Assembly: GCA_018061865.1 (NCBI GenBank)
Contig: JAGOTH010000002.1
Span: 1-58,071, forward strand
Reading direction: 5' to 3'
Length of the DNA stretch: 58,071 nucleotides
DNA from: Minisyncoccota bacterium
GTDB lineage: Bacteria; Patescibacteriota; Minisyncoccia; Phycocordibacterales; UBA9973
The notes beneath the pieces were generated by a model. The model did no database searches, was not told the origin of the DNA, and saw only the letters and a list, made by a program, of their open reading frames with translations. Below are positions 17,486 through 25,359 of this stretch, piece after piece; position 1 is the stretch's first letter; every line of letters starts with the position of its first letter. The translations under genes and the position numbers were made by a program.

Positions 17486-20158
17486 TTAAGCTTTAGTTTT
17501 CACTCGAGCTTTTGATTTTTTATGTTTTGAAACATCAACAAAGAATTCCCCGTCTTTTACATCCACAACAACACTATCTCCCTTTCCTGCGCCTTCTCCG
17601 ATTATTGCATTCGCGATTGGGTTTAATATTTTTGATTGAATTAGACGATTTAGCGGACGAGCACCGAAGTTTGGATCGTACCCCTCTTTTGCCATTTTAT
17701 CCAAAGCATTGTCGTTAACCGTCAGAATTATTCCTTTAGACAAAAGTCTAGCTGACACTTCTGAAATTCTAATATCAACGATTTTTCTAATTATTTCAGG
17801 TGTTAGAACATCGAAGACAATAGTCTCATCAACTCGATTCAAAAACTCTGGTCGGAAAAATTCTTTCAAGCTATCCATGACTTTATCTTTTGTGTATTGG
17901 TATTCTTCCGCTTCTGTGTGATTTGTGAATCCCATAGATTCCATTTTTTGAATATGCTGAGAACCCAAGTTTGAAGTCATTATGATAACTGTATTCTTAA
18001 AGTTTATTTTTCTTCCCTTTGAATCAGTCAGAGTTCCTTCGTCTAGAACCTGCAGAAGGATATTAAAAACTTCTGGATGAGCCTTTTCTATTTCATCAAA
18101 TAGCACAACTGAATAAGGTCGGTGACGGATTGACTCAGTCAATTGACCTGATTCATCGTATCCAACATATCCTGGAGGGCTTCCCACGAGCTTTGAGACG
18201 CTGTGTCGTTCCATATATTCACTCATGTCCACTCTGATAAGAGCTTTCTCATCGTTAAACATAAATTCAGCCAAAGCTTTTGTTAGCTCTGTTTTTCCTA
18301 CTCCAGTTGGACCAAGGAAAATAAATGAACCAATCGGTCTATTAGGATCAGATATTCCAGCACGAGAACGACGAACAACATCTGCAATCTTCTTTATTGC
18401 TCCGTCTTGTCCCACAACGCGAGATCTTAATTCGTTTTCCATTCGTCCAAGTTTTTCTCTTTCTTCCTCCATCATTTTAGACAAAGGCACTCCAGTCCAA
18501 CGAGAAACAACTTCAGCAATATCTTCCTCCATTATTTCTTCTTTCATTATTTTTCTAGATCTCTGAAGTTTTTTGAGCCTTGCAGATTTTTGTTCAAGCT
18601 CTTTTTCAAGAGATGGAATTTCTCCATAACGAATTTCAGCAGTTCGAGACAGGTCAGCCCGAGCTTCAGAATTTTCTGCTTCAAAACGTAAAGTTTCTAA
18701 TTCTTTTTTAATTGCTCGAATATTTTGAACTGTGTCTTTTTCACTTTGCCATTTTAGTTCCAACTCACGAGTTTTTTCTTTTAGATTCTCAATCTCAGAA
18801 TCTATTTCTTTAATTCTTAATTTTGTTTCTTTATTATCATCTCTTTCCACATCTTTCTTTAGTGCTTGTTTTTCAATCTGTAGACGCATTATTTTTCTGT
18901 GAGCCTCATCTAGTATTTCTGGCTTATTTTCAAGCGCAATTCGTAGAGAAGAAGCGGCTTCATCAATTAAGTCCACAGCTTTGTCTGGAAGAAACCTGTT
19001 TGTAATGTAACGAGTAGAAAAATTAACAGCTGCGACAATCGCCTCATCAGTAATTCTTACTCCATGGAATAATTCATATTTTTCTTTCAACCCACGCAAA
19101 ATTGAAATTGTGTCTTCAATTGAAGGCTCCTCGATGTAAACAGGTTGAAAACGCCTAGCGAGAGCTGGATCTTTTTCAATATGTTTTTGGTATTCCTTGA
19201 TAGTTGTCGCTCCAATTGCTCTAAGTTCTCCACGAGAGAGAGCCGGCTTTAGCATGTTAGAAGCGTCCATCGCTCCTTCTGATGCTCCCGCTCCAACAAT
19301 TGTGTGAATCTCATCAATGAAAAGAATTACCTTTCCATCAGCTTTTTCTATTTCTTTCATTATTGCTTTGAGTCTTTCCTCAAACTCTCCACGATATTTT
19401 GTTCCAGCAAGAAGTGAACCCAAATCAAGAGATACAAGTTCTTTGTCTTTCAAACTCTCTGGCACATCCCCCTTTGCGATTCTTTGTGCAAGACCTTCAA
19501 CCACGGCAGTTTTTCCAGTTCCTGGTTCTCCGATTAGTATAGGATTATTTTTTGTTCTTCGAGAAAGTATCTGCATTATTCGCATTACTTCTGTGTCTCG
19601 TCCGATAACTGGATCGAGTTTATCTTCCTTTGCCAGTTTAGTTAAATTTCTAGTGAACTTAACAAGCATTTTGAATTTCTTTTCTTGAGCTGGTTCTTTT
19701 TCTTCTTCGTTACGGAGTTCTTCAAGAAGTTTCAAAACTTGTTCTTTTCCAATTTTGTATTTAACTAACAAATCTCTAACCTCTCCCGGCACTTCAAGCA
19801 TTGCTAAAAACAAATGCTCGGTAGATGCATGTTCGTCTTTTAAGAAAGCTGCAATTTTCATTGAATGCTCAAGAATCTGAGCTGTCTCAGGTGTTAGATA
19901 AATTTGGTATGAAGGAGAAAGTGTTCGGCTAGATTCAGGTGAATCAATAGCGTCTAGCACAACATCAGTTAGAGCCTGAGCGTCCATATCAAGGCGTTCG
20001 AGAATTCTCTCAACCATTGATTCTTCTTGGAGGAGAAGTGAGGCGAAAACGTGCATTCCTGAGACATGATTCTGTCCCCGCTCGATTGCTAGCTCGTGCG
20101 ACTTCTGGATTGCTTCTTTTGCTTTTGCTGTAAATTTATTAAATGGTGGCATATTCAT
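17486..20158 (-). CDS. clpB: ATP-dependent chaperone ClpB
   Basis: 890 aa. Two AAA+ modules ([16 protein letters not shown]), a long middle coiled-coil and a Clp N domain. Confidence 0.95.
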   Translation of the reverse strand: MNMPPFNKFTAKAKEAIQKSHELAIERGQNHVSGMHVFASLLLQEESMVERILERLDMDAQALTDVVLDAIDSPESSRTLSPSYQIYLTPETAQILEHSMKIAAFLKDEHASTEHLFLAMLEVPGEVRDLLVKYKIGKEQVLKLLEELRNEEEKEPAQEKKFKMLVKFTRNLTKLAKEDKLDPVIGRDTEVMRIMQILSRRTKNNPILIGEPGTGKTAVVEGLAQRIAKGDVPESLKDKELVSLDLGSLLAGTKYRGEFEERLKAIMKEIEKADGKVILFIDEIHTIVGAGASEGAMDASNMLKPALSRGELRAIGATTIKEYQKHIEKDPALARRFQPVYIEEPSIEDTISILRGLKEKYELFHGVRITDEAIVAAVNFSTRYITNRFLPDKAVDLIDEAASSLRIALENKPEILDEAHRKIMRLQIEKQALKKDVERDDNKETKLRIKEIDSEIENLKEKTRELELKWQSEKDTVQNIRAIKKELETLRFEAENSEARADLSRTAEIRYGEIPSLEKELEQKSARLKKLQRSRKIMKEEIMEEDIAEVVSRWTGVPLSKMMEEEREKLGRMENELRSRVVGQDGAIKKIADVVRRSRAGISDPNRPIGSFIFLGPTGVGKTELTKALAEFMFNDEKALIRVDMSEYMERHSVSKLVGSPPGYVGYDESGQLTESIRHRPYSVVLFDEIEKAHPEVFNILLQVLDEGTLTDSKGRKINFKNTVIIMTSNLGSQHIQKMESMGFTNHTEAEEYQYTKDKVMDSLKEFFRPEFLNRVDETIVFDVLTPEIIRKIVDIRISEVSARLLSKGIILTVNDNALDKMAKEGYDPNFGARPLNRLIQSKILNPIANAIIGEGAGKGDSVVVDVKDGEFFVDVSKHKKSKARVKTKA

Positions 20159-20271
20159 AGTTTATTTATACAATATAATATGACTTTTGTCTAGAGCGAC
20201 GAACTCTGATACAAAATCATTATATCACTAAATATAAAAACGGATTATTTTTTATTTTGTGACTAAAGTTT

Positions 20272-21462
20272 TTATTTTTTTATTTGAATATTAAATATTC
20301 TTTTTAAAATCAAAATAGTTTTTTCTAAATCTTTTTTTGTAGTACTTCTGCCAAAAGAGAATCTAATATATGCCTTGTCTGTAAACTCACTCTCTCCTAT
20401 TGCTCTTAGAACATGAGAATCCCCTTCTTCTCCCTCTTTACATGCACTTCTTCCCGAAGCAAAAATTCCATAACGAGAAAGGGAGAGAACTAAAACATCT
20501 GAAGAAATACCCGCAAAACAAACTGACACATGATTTGGAAGACGATAATCTGAACTTCCAGTGAAATGATCGAACTCTTCCAACTTTTTTATCTCAGATA
20601 CAAAATAATTTTTTAATTCCTCGAGACGCTTTGTTTCGTTTTCTTTTTTAGTTATAGAAATCTCCAGAGCTTTTGAAAGAGCGACACCTGTTGCGACAGA
20701 AACAGTTCCAGAACGAAGGCCAAACTCCTGTCCTCCTCCGGAAAAAATCGGAGAGAGAAAAAAGTTTTCCCTCATAATTAAAACCCCTCCGCCCGGTGCA
20801 TAAATTTTTGTTCCATTAAAAGAGAGCATATCAACCCCCAGTTTTGGAATAATTATTTCTTCATATTGCACAGCCTGACAAGCATCAGTATGGAAAAATG
20901 GAATTAAATTTGTCCTAGAATTATAAAGACGAAACTTTGCTTTTCTAATTGTATGCGATATTTCTTTTATATCCTGAACTGTTCCAATTTCATTATTTGC
21001 GTAACCTATAGAAACTAAGACTGTATTCTCATCAATCAACTCCGCCAAATGCTTCTGGTTTACTATTCCCGCCTCATCGATCTCTACAAACCTAACTTCC
21101 CCATTTTGTTCTTCTACTGCTTTTTGTATTGCAGACAGAACTGCGCCATGTTCAATCTTTGTAGTTATAAAATTTGGTTTTGATATTTGGTGCAAAGACT
21201 TTATCCCTCTGATAGCAAGGTTTATAGACTCTGTCCCCGTTGCAGTGAAAACAACCCCGTCTTTTGGTACACCAAAAGACTTGGCAATAAAGCTCCTCGA
21301 GAAAGAAAGCTGTTCCTCTGCCTCTACTCCAGCCGTATGAATAGAACTTGGATTACCAAAAAAATCCTTTATAGCCTTTGTGTATACACTCAAGACCCGA
21401 GGCTCAACTGGAGTCTTGGCTGAGTGGTCCAAATATATAGTTTTTGAGCCGAAAAACTTCAT
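20272..21462 (-). CDS. cysteine desulfurase (NifS/IscS-like class V aminotransferase)
   Basis: Trimmed from the TTG at 21489 to the ATG at 21462 (MKFFGSKTIYLDHSAKTP). PLP-lysine context SFNGTKIYAPGGG and catalytic Cys loop SGRSACKEG. Confidence 0.85.
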   Translation of the reverse strand: MKFFGSKTIYLDHSAKTPVEPRVLSVYTKAIKDFFGNPSSIHTAGVEAEEQLSFSRSFIAKSFGVPKDGVVFTATGTESINLAIRGIKSLHQISKPNFITTKIEHGAVLSAIQKAVEEQNGEVRFVEIDEAGIVNQKHLAELIDENTVLVSIGYANNEIGTVQDIKEISHTIRKAKFRLYNSRTNLIPFFHTDACQAVQYEEIIIPKLGVDMLSFNGTKIYAPGGGVLIMRENFFLSPIFSGGGQEFGLRSGTVSVATGVALSKALEISITKKENETKRLEELKNYFVSEIKKLEEFDHFTGSSDYRLPNHVSVCFAGISSDVLVLSLSRYGIFASGRSACKEGEEGDSHVLRAIGESEFTDKAYIRFSFGRSTTKKDLEKTILILKRIFNIQIKK

Positions 21463-21562
21463 TTCGAGAGTATATACCAAACTCGACAAAAAGGTAAAAG
21501 TAGTGTAGTATCTACAGTATCAAACACCGCGAAAAGCGGTCTTTAAATTCCTCAAAACATCT

Positions 21563-23074
21563 ATGAAAGAAGACTTAAACAAAACCTCTCCCCGCCCACC
21601 AGTTGTTGCCATAATGGGACATATCGACCACGGAAAGTCGACTCTTCTTGATTACATCCGAAAAACAAACATTGTTGCAAAAGAAGCCGGAGGAATTACT
21701 CAGCACCTATCAGCTTATGTTGTATCCGTAAAAGATGAGAATGGAAAAGAAAAAAGTATTTCTTTTATAGACACTCCAGGACACGCCGCGTTTCAAGGAA
21801 TGCGAGAGAGAAGCGTAACAGCAGCAGATATTGCTGTTTTAGTTGTATCCGCCGAAGATGGAGTAAAAGCTCAAACACTTGAAGCTTGGAAAACCATTGA
21901 AAGAAAAAAACTTCCCTACATCGTTGCTATAAACAAAATTGATAAAGAAAATGCAAACATAGAGAGAACAAAAAATACTCTTCTTGAAAATGGAATTTAT
22001 CTTGAAGGAATGGGAGGAACTATTCCATTTGTTGCAATTTCTGCAAAACAAGGACAAGGAGTGGATGAATTGCTTTCTATGATTTTACTTGTGGCTGAGA
22101 TGGAAGATTTTACTTATTCAAAAGACAAACCAGCTGAAGGTTTCGTAATTGAGGCCCACCTCGATCAAAAAAGAGGAATAACAGGAACTCTAGTTATAAA
22201 AGACGGGACTCTTAAAAAAGGAGACTTCCTCGTTGCCGGAGAAGCCTTCGCCGGAACAAAAATAATGGTGGACTTCTTGGGTAAGCCAATCGAAGAAGTT
22301 AGCGCGGGATATCCAGTGGGAATCGCCGGATTTTCTATCGTGCCAGATTCTGGAACCAAGTTCGTCTCTTGTGGTTCAAAACGAGACGCTGAAGAATGTG
22401 CCCTCCTCGCCAAGAACAAAGTCCTTGGAGACGAACTTGAAGAGATTGAAATAGACGGAATAGAAGAAACTCTTTTCTTACCTATCATTATTCGAGCGGA
22501 TGTCGGAGGAACAAAAGAAGCAATTGAAGATGCAATTAAAAAAATAAAACTGGATAGATTCCGTTACAAAATAATATCTTCAACAGTTGGCCCAATAACT
22601 GAAAACGATATCCGAATCGCCACAACAGACAAAAACACAATTATCGTTGGATTCAATGTCCCAATTGATTCTATGGCCCAAGGGGTAAACGAATCTGCTG
22701 GAGTTACAATCAAACAGTTCGACATAATATATAAGCTGACCGAATTCCTCGAAGAGTTTGCCGAGCAAATGAGACCAAGATTTAAAGTTACAGAGCCGGT
22801 TGGAGAATTGAAAATATTAAAATTATTCAGCCAGACCAAAGATGACCAAGTAATCGGAGGAAGAGTGACTGATGGCAAAATAATAAAAGGCGCTAAAACT
22901 TTTATAATCAGAGCAGGAGAAGAAATCGGTGAAGGAAATCTAAACGAGATACAGGTACAAAAAATGAAAGCCGGAGAAGTTGAAAAGGGAGAGGAGTGCG
23001 GACTTCTATTCAATTCAAAAGTGAAAGTGGTTGAGGGAGATATTTTAAGACAAACAAAAGAAACACTAAAATAA
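21563..23074 (+). CDS. infB: translation initiation factor IF-2 (short form, 503 aa)
   Basis: The G domain starts about 10 aa from the N-terminus: IMGHIDHGKSTLLD, DTPGH, NKID. Confidence 0.95.
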   Translation: MKEDLNKTSPRPPVVAIMGHIDHGKSTLLDYIRKTNIVAKEAGGITQHLSAYVVSVKDENGKEKSISFIDTPGHAAFQGMRERSVTAADIAVLVVSAEDGVKAQTLEAWKTIERKKLPYIVAINKIDKENANIERTKNTLLENGIYLEGMGGTIPFVAISAKQGQGVDELLSMILLVAEMEDFTYSKDKPAEGFVIEAHLDQKRGITGTLVIKDGTLKKGDFLVAGEAFAGTKIMVDFLGKPIEEVSAGYPVGIAGFSIVPDSGTKFVSCGSKRDAEECALLAKNKVLGDELEEIEIDGIEETLFLPIIIRADVGGTKEAIEDAIKKIKLDRFRYKIISSTVGPITENDIRIATTDKNTIIVGFNVPIDSMAQGVNESAGVTIKQFDIIYKLTEFLEEFAEQMRPRFKVTEPVGELKILKLFSQTKDDQVIGGRVTDGKIIKGAKTFIIRAGEEIGEGNLNEIQVQKMKAGEVEKGEECGLLFNSKVKVVEGDILRQTKETLK

Positions 23075-23075
23075 T

Positions 23076-23396
23076 ATGGAAGAAAGAAAATTTAGAAAAG
23101 AAAAAATAGAAAACATAATTCGCGAAACAGCTGCGATGTTCTTCGAAACAGAAGGAACTCGCGACGCCCTTGTTTCTGTCACTCGGGTAGAATCAGACGA
23201 CAAGATTATTAACACGACTGTTTTTATTTCTGTTATGCCAGACTCGAAAGAAGCTGGAGTTATGGACTTCGCAAAGCGTCACATAAATGATCTACGAAAA
23301 AAAGTTCAAGCAGCACTCCCTAGTGCTAGAGCCCCTTTCCTTTCTGTTGAAATCGATGCCGGAGAAAAGCTGGCAGGACTAATTGAAAGACTTTAA
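23076..23396 (+). CDS. rbfA: ribosome-binding factor A
   Basis: 106 aa, directly after infB (the conserved infB-rbfA pair). Size and KH-like pattern are typical of the family. Confidence 0.8.
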   Translation: MEERKFRKEKIENIIRETAAMFFETEGTRDALVSVTRVESDDKIINTTVFISVMPDSKEAGVMDFAKRHINDLRKKVQAALPSARAPFLSVEIDAGEKLAGLIERL

Positions 23397-23454
23397 TCTG
23401 GGTCTTTTAAAATAAATATTTTGTGATAAAGTAGTTATTACAAAGCAATTATAT

Positions 23455-23579
23455 GCTGAAGTGGCGCTCTGTCCTGCGAAACCTTGGTGGAGTAGGAAAA
23501 CCTGCCCCGCCTTGGCGGGGTGAAGTAAAAAGGACAGAGTTAGATAATATGTGGTAGGGTAAAAATTGTTAAATTATAT
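23455..23579 (+). other. pseudo 5' end of tRNA-Leu(TAG) followed by a structured ~105-nt insert
   Basis: aattatatgctgaAgtggcg (23447-23466) repeats aattatatgctgaGgtggcg (23572-23591). The insert is closed by ctctgtcct/aggacagag (23467-75/23531-39) and contains the hairpin ccccgc-cttg-gcgggg followed by TGAAGT. Confidence 0.5.
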
Positions 23580-23661
23580 GCTGAGGTGGCGAAATTGGTA
23601 GACGCACTTGCCTTAGGAGCAAGCGGGGTGACCCATGGAGGTTCAAGTCCTCTCCTCAGCA
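23580..23661 (+). tRNA. tRNA-Leu (anticodon TAG)
   Basis: Acceptor gctgagg/cctcagc, anticodon stem cttgc/gcaag with loop ctTAGga, long variable arm, T-loop ttcaagt. No encoded CCA. Confidence 0.9.
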
Positions 23662-23718
23662 CAAAGTCTGGCTTCGCGTGGTTCCCTTCCCTAGTCGGTG
23701 CGAATCCCGACATAAAAC

Positions 23719-23790
23719 GGCCACGTAGCCAAGTAGTAAGGCATTCCTCTGCAAAAGGAATATACGCGAGTGCGATTCTCGCCGTGGCCT
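23719..23790 (+). tRNA. tRNA-Cys (anticodon GCA)
   Basis: Acceptor ggccacg/cgtggcc, anticodon stem ttcct/aggaa with loop ctGCAaa, T-arm gcgag-tgcgatt-ctcgc, discriminator U. No encoded CCA. Confidence 0.9.
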
Positions 23791-23876
23791 CAGGATAGTT
23801 TGTAGTTTAAAATTATAAAGGAATAGAAACATTAAGCATTTACCTTGTTCCATTACCCTTATGATATAATTTATTC

Positions 23877-24350
23877 ATGAGGACTAAAAAATGGGCACAA
23901 AAAGAACTTTCTTTAGCTGTAAAACAATCTACAAGTATACGGCAAGTCATAAAAATTCTTGGACTAATACCAGCTGGTGGGAATTATCACCAGGTATCTA
24001 AGTATATAAAAGAATTTAATATCGATATAAAGCATTTTAAAGGTAAAGGTTGGAACAAAGGAAACACTGGCGGATATAGACCAATAATCCCAACATCTTT
24101 AATCCTAAAAAATGGAATAGAGTTTCAAAGTTATAAACTAAAAAATAGATTATTTAAGGAAAAAATATTAGAACCAAAATGTTCTTTGTGTGGATGGGCA
24201 AAAATTTCAGAAGATGGTAGACTTCCTCTTGAATTAGATCATATAAATGGGAAGAGGAATGACAATCGTATAGAAAACCTAAGAATACTTTGTCCAAACT
24301 GTCATAGTCTTCAAATAACGCATAGAGGTAAAAACAAAAAGAGAAGTTAA
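23877..24350 (+). CDS. HNH endonuclease (157 aa)
   Basis: C-terminal HNH/zinc motif CSLCGW...LELDHINGKRNDNRIENLRILCPNCH, with an N-terminal HTH-like segment. Sits between tRNA-Cys and tRNA-Leu(TAA). Confidence 0.85.
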   Translation: MRTKKWAQKELSLAVKQSTSIRQVIKILGLIPAGGNYHQVSKYIKEFNIDIKHFKGKGWNKGNTGGYRPIIPTSLILKNGIEFQSYKLKNRLFKEKILEPKCSLCGWAKISEDGRLPLELDHINGKRNDNRIENLRILCPNCHSLQITHRGKNKKRS

Positions 24351-24355
24351 AATTT

Positions 24356-24441
24356 GGGCCAGTGGCGAAATGGTATACGCGCAACACTTAAAATGTTGTC
24401 TCAACTCTGAGGTGCGGGTTCGACCCCCGCCTGGCCCACCA
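24356..24441 (+). tRNA. tRNA-Leu (anticodon TAA), 3' CCA encoded
   Basis: Acceptor gggccag/ctggccc, anticodon stem caaca/tgttg with loop ctTAAaa, variable arm ctca-actc-tgag, T-arm gcggg-ttcgacc-cccgc, then A-CCA. Confidence 0.9.
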
Positions 24442-24447
24442 TAAATC

Positions 24448-24478
24448 AAAAAACCTAAGACATTGTCTTAGGTTTTTT
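24448..24478 (+). terminator. intrinsic terminator after tRNA-Leu(TAA)
   Basis: aaaaaacctaagaca-ttg-tcttaggtttttt. Confidence 0.8.
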
Positions 24479-24482
24479 GATT

Positions 24483-24602
24483 GTGCCCCCGACAAACAAC
24501 ATTACGAACGCTGGGGCAATTTATGAAGGTAATTCTAGCCCAGGAAGCCTGAAAAATGAACTTATGGAATTAAAGGACATACTTGAGGATAAAAGTGAGT
24601 AA
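24483..24602 (+). repeat. paralogous 120-nt unit, copy 1 (possible 39-aa GTG-initiated mini-ORF)
   Basis: Would translate as VPPTNNITNAGAIYEGNSSPGSLKNELMELKDILEDKSE*. Same length and frame as 25204-25323. The ends are near-identical and the middle diverged with conservative codon changes. Confidence 0.6.
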
Positions 24603-24623
24603 ATTAAAGCTTATTCTAACAAC

Positions 24624-24653
24624 TTGACAAAGCAACCTTTTATGTGATATAAT
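24624..24653 (+). promoter_or_regulatory. sigma-70-like promoter with extended -10
   Basis: TTGACA, 18 nt spacer, TGaTATAAT, about 85 nt upstream of the ATG at 24740. Confidence 0.6.
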
Positions 24654-24739
24654 AACTATAGACGTATACATTCTGTTTATGTCCCTGCCTCGGCAGTTTC
24701 CGAGAATTCTTGTACATTTAAATAAAAGAAAAAACTGTT

Positions 24740-25123
24740 ATGAAACAGAAAACTTTTCATCCGCTGACAGCTACTTTCATAAGTGCTGTTGTGCAAACTC
24801 TCCCAACTGACATTTCAACTGAACACATGCAACTTTGGATTGAACATCCAAAAGACCTGCAGATTGTTTTAAAGACAATGTTAGAATCATCTTTCACCGT
24901 TATTGATAATGACGATGAACTTTATAAGGGAAGATTATCCTTTAAGATAACAAAAATTGGAGACGAAACCTTTCACCAACAAACTGCGAAATTTATCGCC
25001 GTTGTAGTGCAAAGCATTCCTATGATTAGCAATGATCGTATGGAATTCTGGAGCAGTCATCTGAACACTCTGCAAAGAGAACTCAGGAAAACTTTACTCA
25101 AGAATTTGGTTCCAAATATCTAA
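24740..25123 (+). CDS. hypothetical protein with an internal tandem repeat (127 aa)
   Basis: Two ~45-aa repeats: FHPLTATFISAVVQTLPTDISTEHMQLWIEHPKDLQIVLKTML and FHQQTAKFIAVVVQSIPMISNDRMEFWSSHLNTLQRELRKTLL. Has its own promoter and terminator. Confidence 0.6.
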   Translation: MKQKTFHPLTATFISAVVQTLPTDISTEHMQLWIEHPKDLQIVLKTMLESSFTVIDNDDELYKGRLSFKITKIGDETFHQQTAKFIAVVVQSIPMISNDRMEFWSSHLNTLQRELRKTLLKNLVPNI

Positions 25124-25203
25124 GGCTTAATTACACAGACTACACAATATCATTCCACCAGGGATGATATTTTTTTATATGTAATTGTTATTTATAACAA
25201 TTT

Positions 25204-25323
25204 GTGCCCCCGACAAACAAGATTACGAACGGTGGGGCATTTTCTGAGGCTGAACTTAATACAAAAAGCCTTAAAAACGACCTTTTGGAGTTAAAAGAGA
25301 TACTTGAGGATAAAAGTGAGTAA
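25204..25323 (+). repeat. paralogous 120-nt unit, copy 2 (possible 39-aa mini-ORF)
   Basis: Would translate as VPPTNKITNGGAFSEAELNTKSLKNDLLELKEILEDKSE*. The 26-nt run atacttgaggataaaagtgagtaaat is identical to copy 1. Confidence 0.6.
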
Positions 25324-25359
25324 ATAGAAAACCTACTTATTATTTAAATAATATTTTTC

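Noticed and set aside
23455-23545. The structured element upstream of tRNA-Leu(TAG) as SRP (4.5S) RNA
   Set aside because: It has the right size and a long closing stem. But the conserved domain IV sequence (GGAA tetraloop flanked by AGGUC...GGAAGCAGC-type loops) is not present.
24481-25326. The 120-nt repeats as integron attC sites around a cassette
   Set aside because: The conserved 5' and 3' ends are not inverted complements of each other. No RYYYAAC/GTTRRRY cores are present, and no integrase (intI) gene is in the window.
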